DNA of 26,043 bases from a virus (taxonomy: Duplodnaviria > Caudoviricetes): the IMG/VR virus record IMGVR_UViG_3300025280_000143, positions 1-26,043 of that record. One strand, 5' to 3'. Below the pieces are notes generated by a model. That model was not told where the DNA came from and did no database searches. It saw only the letters and a program-made list of their open reading frames with translations. Positions 1 through 8,824 of the stretch are shown here, piece after piece (the stretch's first letter is position 1; each line of letters starts with the position of its first letter). The translations under genes were made by a program, and so were the position numbers.

Positions 1-476
1 TACCTGTTGAGGTAACGCCACGACCACAGGACACACATGGTTGCATTGGTATTGATAACCTGCATTGTACCGTGCTACTACCGAAGCAACTCAAGGCTGT
101 TAAGGAGACGCACGACCTATCCAACAAGGAGGCTAAGGCATTCGTGAAGGAGGTTGTCGCTAACCATCCCGACCCACCAATGTTGGTGTTGAGTGGCGAA
201 CCATCGTACCTTGCAGTACGCACTCGCTCGGAACCAAAAGTTGTTGTTCGCATAGGCATTCCTAATATCAAAACCGAAACTATACAGGCGACTTACTTCC
301 TCATGGTAACAAACCAAGAGGAGATGCAGACATACCTTGACACATTGACAGACGCGCTTGGCATTCCTAATGTTGAGCGCTTCTTCCATGTATCTATTGC
401 TAACGATACAGGTAAGCCCACCGATTCTATCGGTGACATTAACGCTGACGATTTACTAACGCTGGGGGGTGAGTAA
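1..476 (+). CDS. Hypothetical protein, probably 5'-truncated
   Basis: Frame is open from position 3 through the listed GTG at 72. It ends in GGGGGTGAG-TAA, which contains the RBS for the next gene. Confidence 0.7.
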   Translation, partial: PVEVTPRPQDTHGCIGIDNLHCTVLLPKQLKAVKETHDLSNKEAKAFVKEVVANHPDPPMLVLSGEPSYLAVRTRSEPKVVVRIGIPNIKTETIQATYFLMVTNQEEMQTYLDTLTDALGIPNVERFFHVSIANDTGKPTDSIGDINADDLLTLGGE

Positions 477-1079
477 GTAATGACTGACTCGCAAGACATT
501 GAGAACGGATACGAAACGAAACATGGATGGTGGATGACCGTTGAATACAAGAGCGGTAAGGTCACGATGGAACACATAACATCTTCCGACCTCCCTCATA
601 AAGGCTCTAATTGGAGCACTCTACACAAGATAACGATTACTCAAGGCTGGTGCGCACGACAAATAGTAACTGATGATGAAGGTTTTTGGGACGCAACAGA
701 TTGGCTCGGCCCTTACGAATCCATAGAACAGGCGACCGAAGCGCTGGCTAACCACTCGGGGGTGAGTAAGTAATGACTCACTTACAAGACGACATACAAG
801 AGGGATGGTGGCTGACCGTTGAATACAAGAGCGGTGAGGTCACGGTGACCCCATTACATACGGGGGTAAGAGAACGGCGCGCGCCCGGCTCCGCTTTGAA
901 TCACTACGAAAAGCGAACAACATTAACGCTATCTCCCATACAGGATGAGCACTTAGATACGGTGAGCGAGATGAAGATGAGTCAAGGCTGGGGCGCACGA
1001 TTAGACGCGCCGGGCTACCTTGACTGCACGGATTGGCTCGCCCCTTACGAGTCTATAGAACAGGCAACCGAAGCGCTGG
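465..1079 (+). repeat. Tandem gene duplication with conserved blocks
   Basis: GGGGGTGAGTAAGTAATGACT at 465-485 and 758-778. A 42-nt block at 525-566 and 803-844 (2 mismatches). A 49-nt block at 699-747 and 1031-1079 (4 mismatches). Confidence 0.9.
480..773 (+). CDS. Small early protein, paralogue of the N-terminal half of 773..1438
   Basis: RBS GGGGGTGA. Shares GWWxTVEYKSGxVT, QGWxAR and TDWLxPYESIEQATEAL with the next ORF. Confidence 0.85.
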   Translation: MTDSQDIENGYETKHGWWMTVEYKSGKVTMEHITSSDLPHKGSNWSTLHKITITQGWCARQIVTDDEGFWDATDWLGPYESIEQATEALANHSGVSK

Positions 1080-1438
1080 ATGAAGCGTGGGGTACGAAGT
1101 GTTGCTGCTGCGGCGAGCGAGTCGGAACGGGCAACGCTGATGCACCGTGCGAAGGTTGCTACGAAGATGTGTCATGGCAAACGCATGACGGTTTGTTCTC
1201 CATGAGCATCGGTGAAGTAATCATCGCCGACCAAGTATGGACAGCGCGCTGGGCTGACAAGTGGCCTTGTTCCACGCTGTCGCACAAGTGGGTGGTCTTT
1301 GATTACGATGATGAAACCGGTATCACCTTTGACGATTGCGAAGGAGGCAGCGAGTTTATAGATTCGCACGAGGCTCAAGCGATGGCTGATGATGTCCATG
1401 ACATAGTGCGCGAACACTACGAGGAGGTGAGCGCATGA
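773..1438 (+). CDS. Acidic early protein: duplicated N-terminal domain, Cys cluster and C-terminal WADKWPCS domain
   Basis: TAATG overlap, RBS, motifs GARLDAPGYLDCTDW and CCCC...CEGC. Confidence 0.85.
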   Translation: MTHLQDDIQEGWWLTVEYKSGEVTVTPLHTGVRERRAPGSALNHYEKRTTLTLSPIQDEHLDTVSEMKMSQGWGARLDAPGYLDCTDWLAPYESIEQATEALDEAWGTKCCCCGERVGTGNADAPCEGCYEDVSWQTHDGLFSMSIGEVIIADQVWTARWADKWPCSTLSHKWVVFDYDDETGITFDDCEGGSEFIDSHEAQAMADDVHDIVREHYEEVSA

Positions 1439-1581
1439 GTGATTGTTATTGGTGCGGTTGCGGTGCAGATGAATCCTTAACGATGGAAGTTGATGAGAAC
1501 GATTACCCTTCGGGTGAGTCGTGGCGCATTGAGGTTCCTGTTTGTGAAGAGTGTCACAAAGAGTATGGGGTGGTCGCATGA
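1435..1581 (+). CDS. 48-aa Zn-finger microprotein (not in ORF track)
   Basis: MSDCYWCGCGADE...VPVCEECHKEYGVVA. ATGA overlaps at both ends and RBS GGAGGTGA. Confidence 0.8.
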   Translation: MSDCYWCGCGADESLTMEVDENDYPSGESWRIEVPVCEECHKEYGVVA

Positions 1582-1880
1582 GTGAGTCAGTATTTCCTTA
1601 CACGCTACCCTCCGGCGCTGTTGTCATAGACGAGCGATGCACTTGCGGCGCTAAGCGTAGCGAACACAATTGGCGCGTGCCGATGCTTGGTCTTGCGACA
1701 CACGGTCACGGTGACTGTGCGCATACTGAATGCGAGCGGTTCACATGGGTCGGTTTCATATATAGACCGAGCGACTGCGAGCATGACAATCACGCGACAG
1801 ACTTAGACGGTAACTACTGCTTAGACTGTGGCTTACACGAGACAGATTCCCCTAATGATAGGGAGAGTGATGCGATATGA
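1578..1880 (+). CDS. Cys/His-rich small protein
   Basis: Start reassigned to the ATG at 1578 (ATGA overlap). Motifs CTCG..H, C...C, CEH...CLDC. Confidence 0.8.
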   Translation: MSESVFPYTLPSGAVVIDERCTCGAKRSEHNWRVPMLGLATHGHGDCAHTECERFTWVGFIYRPSDCEHDNHATDLDGNYCLDCGLHETDSPNDRESDAI

Positions 1881-2158
1881 TAGCGATGAACACAGGAGAA
1901 ATGATAGATAGATTGGTAGCAACGGATGAACACTTGGCGAATGCCGCTTGTGAAATCACGGTTGAAATTGATGAGATACTGACGGCGAGACAATGGATTG
2001 ACGCGCTGTTTGAGAGCAACAGGAGATTGGCCGAGCAAGTGCTTGATACCATCTCCGATTCATACGGTACTGACATGAGTGGTTCGTGGGTAGATGACGG
2101 AGAGAGCATGATACTCTTGACATGGGATGAGTATGAACGAAGGACAAGCGAGACTTAG
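1877..2158 (+). CDS. Acidic hypothetical protein
   Basis: ATGA overlap, RBS GAGTGA, coding-like composition. Confidence 0.75.
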   Translation: MIAMNTGEMIDRLVATDEHLANAACEITVEIDEILTARQWIDALFESNRRLAEQVLDTISDSYGTDMSGSWVDDGESMILLTWDEYERRTSET

Positions 2159-2170
2159 GAGTGAGATAGA

Positions 2171-2239
2171 ATGAGATTAGTATTGCGAATAGTGAATGAA
2201 GAGAACGGAACGATATACGAGGAGTGGTGTTTAGAATGA
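2171..2239 (+). CDS. Possible 22-aa peptide MRLVLRIVNEENGTIYEEWCLE
   Basis: GGAGTGAG upstream and ATGA overlap with the next gene. Very short. Confidence 0.45.
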   Translation: MRLVLRIVNEENGTIYEEWCLE

Positions 2240-2448
2240 CGCGAGTCCCTTACGAAGCGCACCTTAAGGTGTATGAAACGGAGATGGAATACAGGGGCAT
2301 GGTCGCTTACGAGAAAGCGCGACTGAAAGTAGTGATGGATACATACTTACGCAACCCTCATTCTGAGAACTACCTCGTGTTGGAAGAGCACATGCTACTG
2401 TATCAGAACATACGATGCAACTGCTCGTGGGAGAGAGGTGATGCGTGA
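2236..2448 (+). CDS. Hypothetical protein
   Basis: ATG at 2236 preferred over the listed GTG at 2224. Ends in GAGGTGATGC-GTGA coupling. Confidence 0.75.
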   Translation: MTRVPYEAHLKVYETEMEYRGMVAYEKARLKVVMDTYLRNPHSENYLVLEEHMLLYQNIRCNCSWERGDA

Positions 2449-2768
2449 TGAGTGCTTCACCTGTTGGAATTGAGAATGTTGGCTACACGATAACCAGCGC
2501 AGTGCGAATGCACAGCGAGGGTGAATGCGATTGGACGAGCGAAGACCGTTGGGTTGTGCTTGGACACAATGAGCAGGGCGAGATGGTGTGTTGGGACGCA
2601 CGCTTGCTTGACATTGATGGCAGAAAGGTATGGTCGTTTAGTCACGGTGACTATGTGAGTGGAGTGCGTGAATCATTCTTCGCTCGCATCAACGGTGAGT
2701 TGAACAAGATGGTTTCGCGTAGTGAGTCGCGTGCTGAGGTTGATGTCTCTATGGCGGTGAGCGGATGA
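2445..2768 (+). CDS. Hypothetical protein
   Basis: GTGA overlap, RBS GAGGTGA. Confidence 0.75.
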   Translation: MMSASPVGIENVGYTITSAVRMHSEGECDWTSEDRWVVLGHNEQGEMVCWDARLLDIDGRKVWSFSHGDYVSGVRESFFARINGELNKMVSRSESRAEVDVSMAVSG

Positions 2769-3433
2769 GACCCGTAGTACTTACTGATGTATCTAACCAA
2801 GTATGGCTCGCCTGTCTGTCGTGCTACAACGAAGTGCCGGAAGGTGGCGGAAGTTATGGCGCTTGGCTTGACGCTGACGCGCTGGAGACATGGCTTGACG
2901 ACCACGAGAACGACTACTACGAGGGTGGGTGGACGCCATGCTCATACCATATCGCAAAGATAGACGAGTGCCACAACTGCGACACAAACAAGCGATGCAC
3001 ACACCATGTCCGCTGGACAGGTGACGAGTGGGCTATCCATGATTACTCCGGCGCTATCGCTCACCTACACTTGGGCGAGCACCCCGACCTGCGCCCACTC
3101 ATTGAGTTGATGCAGACATTGGATGCTGACCCCGAGCGTAACACAGGCGCGGCGCTACTCGTTGATAGTATCACGGGTAACATACCAACAGCCGAACAGA
3201 TTGAATCGGTGGCCGAGCGTATGTATGTCATTGAGGCTCACAAGATAGATGATTGGGTGTACGACAAGGCGCACGATTGCTACGGGAAAGAACTTGAAGC
3301 GATACCGCACAGCATTACCGGTGCGATAGATTGGGAATGGGTGGCTAAGAACGAACTTCAACATGAGATGTACACTATGGAATACGATGGTAACATCTAC
3401 GCGCTTTACAATGACGAGGAGGTGGACGCGTGA
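2765..3433 (+). CDS. ardA: ArdA-family anti-restriction protein (DNA mimic) with Cys/His insertion
   Basis: VWLACLSCYN...GAWLD, DEWAIHDYSG, LGEHPDL and IPHSITGAIDWEWVAKNEL match the ArdA pattern (IYVACLxxYN..GxWID, EEWAIHDYE, IP..L..YIDYE.IARDL). Highly acidic. Confidence 0.85.
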   Translation: MRPVVLTDVSNQVWLACLSCYNEVPEGGGSYGAWLDADALETWLDDHENDYYEGGWTPCSYHIAKIDECHNCDTNKRCTHHVRWTGDEWAIHDYSGAIAHLHLGEHPDLRPLIELMQTLDADPERNTGAALLVDSITGNIPTAEQIESVAERMYVIEAHKIDDWVYDKAHDCYGKELEAIPHSITGAIDWEWVAKNELQHEMYTMEYDGNIYALYNDEEVDA

Positions 3434-3597
3434 GACGAGACATACAATGTGCAGTATGCGATTACGCGACACCTGCTGTTGAGGTTGGTCGTGTGAAATC
3501 ACAGGGTCAATGGTGGGAGTTCAAGACGCAAGAGGAAGTGGATGCGTTTCTCGCTAACGACTTTAATGGGCATGAATGCAACGAGGTGGTCGCGTAA
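3430..3597 (+). CDS. 55-aa microprotein with CxxC (not in ORF track)
   Basis: GTGA overlap, RBS GGAGGTGG. MRRDIQCAVCDYATPAV...GHECNEVVA. Confidence 0.7.
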   Translation: MRRDIQCAVCDYATPAVEVGRVKSQGQWWEFKTQEEVDAFLANDFNGHECNEVVA

Positions 3598-3636
3598 CGC
3601 TACCATCTCCTACACAATAGCGCGCTCATTGAATAG

Positions 3637-3686
3637 CGTTAGCCCTGCCTCGTGTGTGTGCTCACACATGGGGTGGGGTGCTGATG
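3637..3686 (+). other. Long intergenic stem-loop with multiple G-U pairs
   Basis: 3643-3658 pairs with 3663-3678 (16 bp, 4 G-U, loop TGCT). It extends by 6 bp (3637-3642 with 3681-3686) after a 2-nt bulge. Confidence 0.65.
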
Positions 3687-3712
3687 AGAGTGACATTTTA
3701 GGGGGAATAAAC

Positions 3713-4366
3713 ATGACTGAAACGAATGAAAATAGAGAATTGAGAACGCAATTACAGCATATCGCGGATGGTGGTTATCATTGTCCGCGCTGTGGTAGCG
3801 AAGAATTAGATGGCGGAGAGCGTGATAGCATAGACGACTATGAGTATCGCGACTTTGAATGCTTAGATTGTGGGTTCCGATACACCGAAGAGTACATTCT
3901 CAACGGGTATTGGCCGAAGGGTGATGATGACCCACAAATCGGCCCAACGCTCGTTGAACACCTGCGTCAGCAGTTGCGTGAAGCGGTACAAAGTAATCCG
4001 TATTGGGATAGAAAGCGCAACAGGTGGATGACATTTGGTGACATCGCGGAGATGAATGCGAATCAAGTTAGATGTAGGTCGGGTTTGTCTTCTGTCGGAA
4101 GCACGCCCTTACTCAAAGTTAGACACAAAAGGGGTGCGATGACTACCAACTTTGGTGGCGTTGAAAAAGTGGGATGGTCGTTTAGTAAAACATCGTCCCC
4201 GCGCTGGGATTGGGGCAAAGTGCGTACAATATACGCGTTAATGGCTCAAGGATACACAGCAGAAGAGGCTGTCGCGATGGAGAAAGCCGCTTCAAAGGAT
4301 GAAGAGGTGGGTGGTTCAGTACTTAAAGCAAACACCACTAAAGACGAGCAAGGTGATGAAGAATGA
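3713..4366 (+). CDS. Zn-ribbon protein
   Basis: Start reassigned to the ATG at 3713 (RBS AGGGGGA). CPRCGS...FECLDCG with a basic C-terminal half. Confidence 0.75.
   Translation: MTETNENRELRTQLQHIADGGYHCPRCGSEELDGGERDSIDDYEYRDFECLDCGFRYTEEYILNGYWPKGDDDPQIGPTLVEHLRQQLREAVQSNPYWDRKRNRWMTFGDIAEMNANQVRCRSGLSSVGSTPLLKVRHKRGAMTTNFGGVEKVGWSFSKTSSPRWDWGKVRTIYALMAQGYTAEEAVAMEKAASKDEEVGGSVLKANTTKDEQGDEE
4311..4345 (+). promoter_or_regulatory. Conserved viral promoter-like element, copy 1
   Basis: GTGGTTCAGTACTTAAAGCAAACACCACTAAAGAC with a TATA-like CTTAAA core. Precedes the SF2 helicase. Confidence 0.75.
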
Positions 4367-5889
4367 CTGAAAAGCGATTGAGATTATGGCAAGCACAAGC
4401 CTTTGAGGAATGGAAGCGTAGCAGGTTCAATGCGATTACAGGCTACGATGAAGAACAGAAGTGGAACCTCCATACGGGTCAGTTTGATACCATCAAGACC
4501 CCGCGTCACAAAGAGGTACAAGGCGGCACGATTGCTGTCGTGACCGGCGGAGGTAAAACCGCTGTCGGGTTCATGGCTGCGTTTGATTGGTTGCGTGGTG
4601 GTAAGGATAGGCGAGTGGTGATAGCCGTACCCACAGTACGCCTCTTACAACAATGGCGCGGAGAACTCATTGAACTTGGTATTCATGATGTAGCGTGCAT
4701 GGGTGGTGGGTTTGGTAGACCTGTTATTACAGGCAAAAGAGTTGTTGTTGGTGTAGTGAACTCGCTTCGTAAGTGGCGCAAATCGGAACCACACACCGAA
4801 CGATTACTCATAGTGGATGAGTGCCACAGACTCGGTAGCGATGGCAACTCAATAATACCACAGGTTATCCCACATGATGCGATACTTGGTTTGTCAGCCA
4901 CACCGGAGCGTAGCGATGGTAAGAGCGTGACTGCGCTCACCGGCTCAATCATTTACAAGTTATCCTATCGTGAAGCGCTTGATGCTGGCATCATACCTTC
5001 ATTCATGCTGAAAGCGGTCGCTGCCCCCCTGTCTTGGGTTGAGCGATACGAATACGATGACTACCAACAGAAGATAGCGATTATGCACAACAAAATAGGC
5101 GAAGAGTTCGGGCATGGTTGTAATTTCTTCGGAATACCGGATAGCGCAAGCCCGAACATAGCGATATTCAAAGCGTTATGCAATAATCGTAAGCGATTGG
5201 TGAACAATACCCGTAGTCGCATAGATTTGCTGACTCACCTGCTTGCTAAGCACGCTCAAGACAAAGTAATACTGTTCCACGAGTCGGTGTCAGCCCTCAA
5301 TGCGCTGGCAAGCAGATTCAAAGACGCCTATGACCCTGCGGTTTATCACTACGAGATAGAGAACCGCGAAGAGGAGTTCCAACGATGGATGGATGGCGAC
5401 ACGAAGTTGCTGTTCTCCTGTCGTGCGCTCAACGAGGGGATGAACGCCCCCGAAGTTGATGTTGCTATCATGTTAAGCGGTTCCAACGGTGTTCGGTCAC
5501 GCATTCAGACGCTGGGTCGTGCGCTTCGTGGCGAGAACGCGCTTATCTATCTCGTGTATGCACCACAGACTACTGACACAAACGGGCTAACCGGCCTTAT
5601 CTCTTCGGGTGGTGTGCCTAAGAAGTTCGTCAAGCACTTCGCTTGGCAAGACGACACGCTGACAGGTATTACCGCACCATATTGGTTTAGTAGTCTCAAG
5701 GAACAGCAATCCCGTTCAAGGAATGACACGCCTGTTGAACACAGACTGTTCAGTCGCGAACCATTACCTTTACTTGACGAAGCGATAGGATTGCCCCCAA
5801 TGGTGACAGCGGTACAATTTGTCAATACACTACCGCCTGTGGCACCACCTTATATTCCCCCATACTTAGGGGGAGGTGATACCCAATGA
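4363..5889 (+). CDS. Superfamily 2 helicase, XPB/Rad25/SSL2-like
   Basis: Walker A VTGGGKT, Ia VPTVRLLQQW, DECH, GLSATPER, LNEGMNAP, IQTLGRALR. Confidence 0.92.
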   Translation: MTEKRLRLWQAQAFEEWKRSRFNAITGYDEEQKWNLHTGQFDTIKTPRHKEVQGGTIAVVTGGGKTAVGFMAAFDWLRGGKDRRVVIAVPTVRLLQQWRGELIELGIHDVACMGGGFGRPVITGKRVVVGVVNSLRKWRKSEPHTERLLIVDECHRLGSDGNSIIPQVIPHDAILGLSATPERSDGKSVTALTGSIIYKLSYREALDAGIIPSFMLKAVAAPLSWVERYEYDDYQQKIAIMHNKIGEEFGHGCNFFGIPDSASPNIAIFKALCNNRKRLVNNTRSRIDLLTHLLAKHAQDKVILFHESVSALNALASRFKDAYDPAVYHYEIENREEEFQRWMDGDTKLLFSCRALNEGMNAPEVDVAIMLSGSNGVRSRIQTLGRALRGENALIYLVYAPQTTDTNGLTGLISSGGVPKKFVKHFAWQDDTLTGITAPYWFSSLKEQQSRSRNDTPVEHRLFSREPLPLLDEAIGLPPMVTAVQFVNTLPPVAPPYIPPYLGGGDTQ

Positions 5890-6167
5890 TGAAGGAAGAA
5901 CCAACGAGAGATGAATTGATGATGGTCGTACGCGACCAAGCGAATGTGATAGATGCTACGATAGCCACGCAGACTGCTCAATATGAGTATCTGATTAAGG
6001 TGATTGAGCAGCGTGACCGAGCGATAGATACGATGGCGGCGCTGTTTTGTGCAGCGAGACCCCACGCTAAGTGGAACAAAACGCTGTTGATAGACCGCGA
6101 TGTGTTCGTTGAACAGGTGGCTGAGTGGTCGGCGATTGTTGAGGCGCGGGAAGGTGATGCACAATGA
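5886..6167 (+). CDS. Hypothetical protein with coiled-coil-like N-terminus
   Basis: RBS GGAGGTGA, ATGA overlap. Confidence 0.75.
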   Translation: MMKEEPTRDELMMVVRDQANVIDATIATQTAQYEYLIKVIEQRDRAIDTMAALFCAARPHAKWNKTLLIDRDVFVEQVAEWSAIVEAREGDAQ

Positions 6168-6289
6168 GAGGATACTGTGAGGTATGTGATTCATTAGGCA
6201 TAAACGGTGGCCTATCAGACGATGTGATACACAGCGAGCATCATGTGAATAACACAGTTTGTAAAAGGCATAAGAAGGTGAAAGAATGA
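6164..6289 (+). CDS. 41-aa CxxC/CxxH microprotein (not in ORF track)
   Basis: MRGYCEVCDSLG...VCKRHKKVKE. ATGA overlaps at both ends. Confidence 0.7.
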   Translation: MRGYCEVCDSLGINGGLSDDVIHSEHHVNNTVCKRHKKVKE

Positions 6290-6534
6290 TTGATTTAGAT
6301 ATGTTAGAAGAATTATACAACGATGATATTAGTAGAGCAAGCGAGTGGATTCCCGACCTGCTCACAGAAGTCAAGCGGTTGCGTGAAGAGAACACTTACC
6401 TCAACCACATGTTGGATGGGGTGGACAAGCATACACTTGACCATGTGGCTGAACAAGCACAAATCAAAATGCACGAAGCAGGTGAATGCTACGACTTCTG
6501 TATAGTATGTGAAACGGAAGGTGATGAACAATGA
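6286..6534 (+). CDS. Small protein with PDLLTEVKRLREEN motif
   Basis: RBS AAGGTGA. Motif shared with the next gene. C-terminal CxxxCxxC. Confidence 0.8.
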   Translation: MIDLDMLEELYNDDISRASEWIPDLLTEVKRLREENTYLNHMLDGVDKHTLDHVAEQAQIKMHEAGECYDFCIVCETEGDEQ

Positions 6535-6745
6535 TTGACACAGACAAATACGAAGGACACACGGAAGGGTCGTGGGTTGTAAAGAAAGGCGAGAGAATGA
6601 GAGTATGGCATCAAAAGAATGAGATGACTTCAACTCTTATTTGTTCAATGCAAGCAACTCATTGTGAACCACAAGATGCAGATGCACAACTGATAGCAGA
6701 CGCACCACTTCTCTTAGCAGAAGTCAAGCGGTTGCGTGAAGAGAA
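6365..6745 (+). repeat. Perfect 28-bp direct repeat CAGAAGTCAAGCGGTTGCGTGAAGAGAA
   Basis: Copies at 6365-6392 and 6718-6745, inside adjacent genes. Confidence 0.9.
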
Positions 6746-6854
6746 TGAAGGCTTGATAGCAATATGGAATCACCTTGCTTCACCGTATGATTGTGAGTCA
6801 CATGAATTAGTAGAGATATTGGAGAAGTATGGTTTCATGGAGGCGAGCGAATGA
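6531..6854 (+). CDS. Ead/Ea22-like phage accessory protein
   Basis: HTEGSW...DAQLIADAPLLLAEVKRLREEN resembles the widespread phage 'HTpGPW...DAxLIAxAPxLL' family. Confidence 0.65.
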   Translation: MIDTDKYEGHTEGSWVVKKGERMRVWHQKNEMTSTLICSMQATHCEPQDADAQLIADAPLLLAEVKRLREENEGLIAIWNHLASPYDCESHELVEILEKYGFMEASE

Positions 6855-8824
6855 GCGTAGCAGTTGAGCGTTACAGCGAAGAGTGGAACGGTAACACATA
6901 CAGCCGTGTCGCATTCATCTTTCCTTACAACAACGAAGCGAAGGACGCGCTCAAGGCAGCGCTACCTTTCCCTGCTACCAAGTGGGATGGTGTGCGTAAG
7001 GGTTGGGGTGTGCGTGACAACCCTGCTGATTTACAGACAGCAGTAGAGACGCTCGCCCCATTCTACCACTTCGCCCCACTCGTGGATGAACTACCTGCGA
7101 TTGAGGCTCCACCTCTCGCTAAGTTCAGCGCGCCGGACGCAATCATCCTTGACTATCCCTTCCAACCTAATTGGAAACAGATTAACGCGGCGGTGAAGTC
7201 GCTCGGTAATGCTAACTTCAATATGCAGACTAAGGTGTGGAGCATACCGCTCAACACCGCACACCAAATCGCTAACGCTGTTGAGGCTCACTACGCCGAA
7301 CTCGCACAGGCTATCCGTGACCTGCCCGAAGTGGCTGGTCATATTGAAGCGGCAGTGGAGAGAGTATCGCTATCGCAAGCGGTGGCGCTGGAAAATGAGA
7401 CGCCTGTAAGAGAGCGAGTGGCCTTGACTAACGGTGAGCCGTTCCCTCATCAGTGGGTCGCGCCTGCCATGTTCATAGCGGGAGACCAACACAGGCTACT
7501 GATAGCAGACGAGCCGGGCTTGGGTAAGACATTACAGGCGTTGCTGTGCATAGACGCAGCGCAGTTTAGTAGCACGCTTATCGTATGCCCTGCGAATGTG
7601 AAATACACATGGCTCGCTGAGTGCGAGAAATGGTACACTTGGCACAGCAGACAGGTCGTGAAGAATGGTAAAGACACCATAGAAGCAGGTAAATCATTCA
7701 CGATTATCAATTACGAGTTGCTCGTTAAGCGCGAAGAGGAATTGAAGTCGCTTGACTTTGATTGCATCGTGTTTGACGAGTCGCACTACCTCAAAAATGA
7801 GAAGGCTGAGCGTACAAAGGTGAGTGTTAGGCTCGCGAACTGGCCGACAGTCAAGGGATTGATATGTCTTAGCGGCACACCTATCCTTAACAGACCCGCT
7901 GAGTTTTACAATGTGTTGAAGATGCTCATGCCCGGAACCTTCGCGAATTGGTTTGACTTCGTAAAGAAATACGCGGCAGGTTACAAGGGAACTTATGCGT
8001 GGGTCACCACAGGAGCGACCAACATAGACAAGAGCGATGATGGTGTGACTGTACCGCTCAACCACTTGCTTCGTGACTTGATGCTTCGCCGTACCTATGA
8101 CGACAAAGGGATAGCAGAATCAATGCCCGACCTCGTGCAGACTACCGTGCTTTGCGAACTAACAAAGGAGCAGCGTGCTACTTACGATGCAGACTACGAC
8201 CGATGGATGGAAGAATACGACAGGCTGAACGCTCTCGGTGCGCTACCACAAGGCTACGCACTTGAATTATTGACAGCCCTGCGTCATTTATGCGGTCAAA
8301 TGAAAGTCACTCACGCTATTGATTGGGTGAAGGATTACCACAAACAGACAGGCAAACCGCTTGTCATCTTCGCTCATCACTTAGACATCATCAACGCTAT
8401 TCGTAGCGAGTTGGAGAAAGAGTGGCGCACCGGTAGCATCACGGGCGCTACACCATCCGAAGACCGACAGCATCTGATTGACGAGTTCCAAGCGGGCGAC
8501 CTTGACTTCCTTGTGTGCTCAACGCTCGCAGCGAAGGAGGGCATCACACTAACCAATGCAGACACAACCCTGTTCGTTGAGCGTGAGTGGGTTCCCGCAT
8601 GGGAACAGCAAGCGGCACACCGAGTGCGCCGTATGTCACAGGAGAGTAGCGTGTGTCACCAAGTGATACTATCAGCACAGAATTGTATTGACGAACACTT
8701 TGACAAAGTAGTTAGCGCCAAAGCAGCAATCGTGAAGCGTGCGCTTGACGGTGACGCTGAGGAGAGAGCACAGGGTGACATCGTGAAGAGTCTTCTTGCA
8801 TCCTTGACGGGGGTGAGCGCGTGA
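6851..8824 (+). CDS. SNF2-family helicase, SMARCAL1/HARP-like, with two N-terminal HARP-like domains
   Basis: LIADEPGLGKT, IVCPANVK, INYELL, VFDESH, LSGTPILNRP, VIFAHH, KEGITLT, QQAAHRVRR. N-terminal repeats FPYN..KDALK..P..KWDGVRKGW and YPF..INAAVKSL...FNMQTKVW. Confidence 0.9.
   Translation: MSVAVERYSEEWNGNTYSRVAFIFPYNNEAKDALKAALPFPATKWDGVRKGWGVRDNPADLQTAVETLAPFYHFAPLVDELPAIEAPPLAKFSAPDAIILDYPFQPNWKQINAAVKSLGNANFNMQTKVWSIPLNTAHQIANAVEAHYAELAQAIRDLPEVAGHIEAAVERVSLSQAVALENETPVRERVALTNGEPFPHQWVAPAMFIAGDQHRLLIADEPGLGKTLQALLCIDAAQFSSTLIVCPANVKYTWLAECEKWYTWHSRQVVKNGKDTIEAGKSFTIINYELLVKREEELKSLDFDCIVFDESHYLKNEKAERTKVSVRLANWPTVKGLICLSGTPILNRPAEFYNVLKMLMPGTFANWFDFVKKYAAGYKGTYAWVTTGATNIDKSDDGVTVPLNHLLRDLMLRRTYDDKGIAESMPDLVQTTVLCELTKEQRATYDADYDRWMEEYDRLNALGALPQGYALELLTALRHLCGQMKVTHAIDWVKDYHKQTGKPLVIFAHHLDIINAIRSELEKEWRTGSITGATPSEDRQHLIDEFQAGDLDFLVCSTLAAKEGITLTNADTTLFVEREWVPAWEQQAAHRVRRMSQESSVCHQVILSAQNCIDEHFDKVVSAKAAIVKRALDGDAEERAQGDIVKSLLASLTGVSA

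Noticed and set aside
465-1079. Diversity-generating retroelement template/variable repeat pair
   Set aside because: There is no reverse transcriptase in the window, mismatches are not adenine-specific, and both copies are coding.
3542-3712. N-terminal extension of the listed 274-aa ORF
   Set aside because: It overlaps ORF 3430..3597 and the hairpin. ATG 3713 has an RBS and coding-like sequence starts there.
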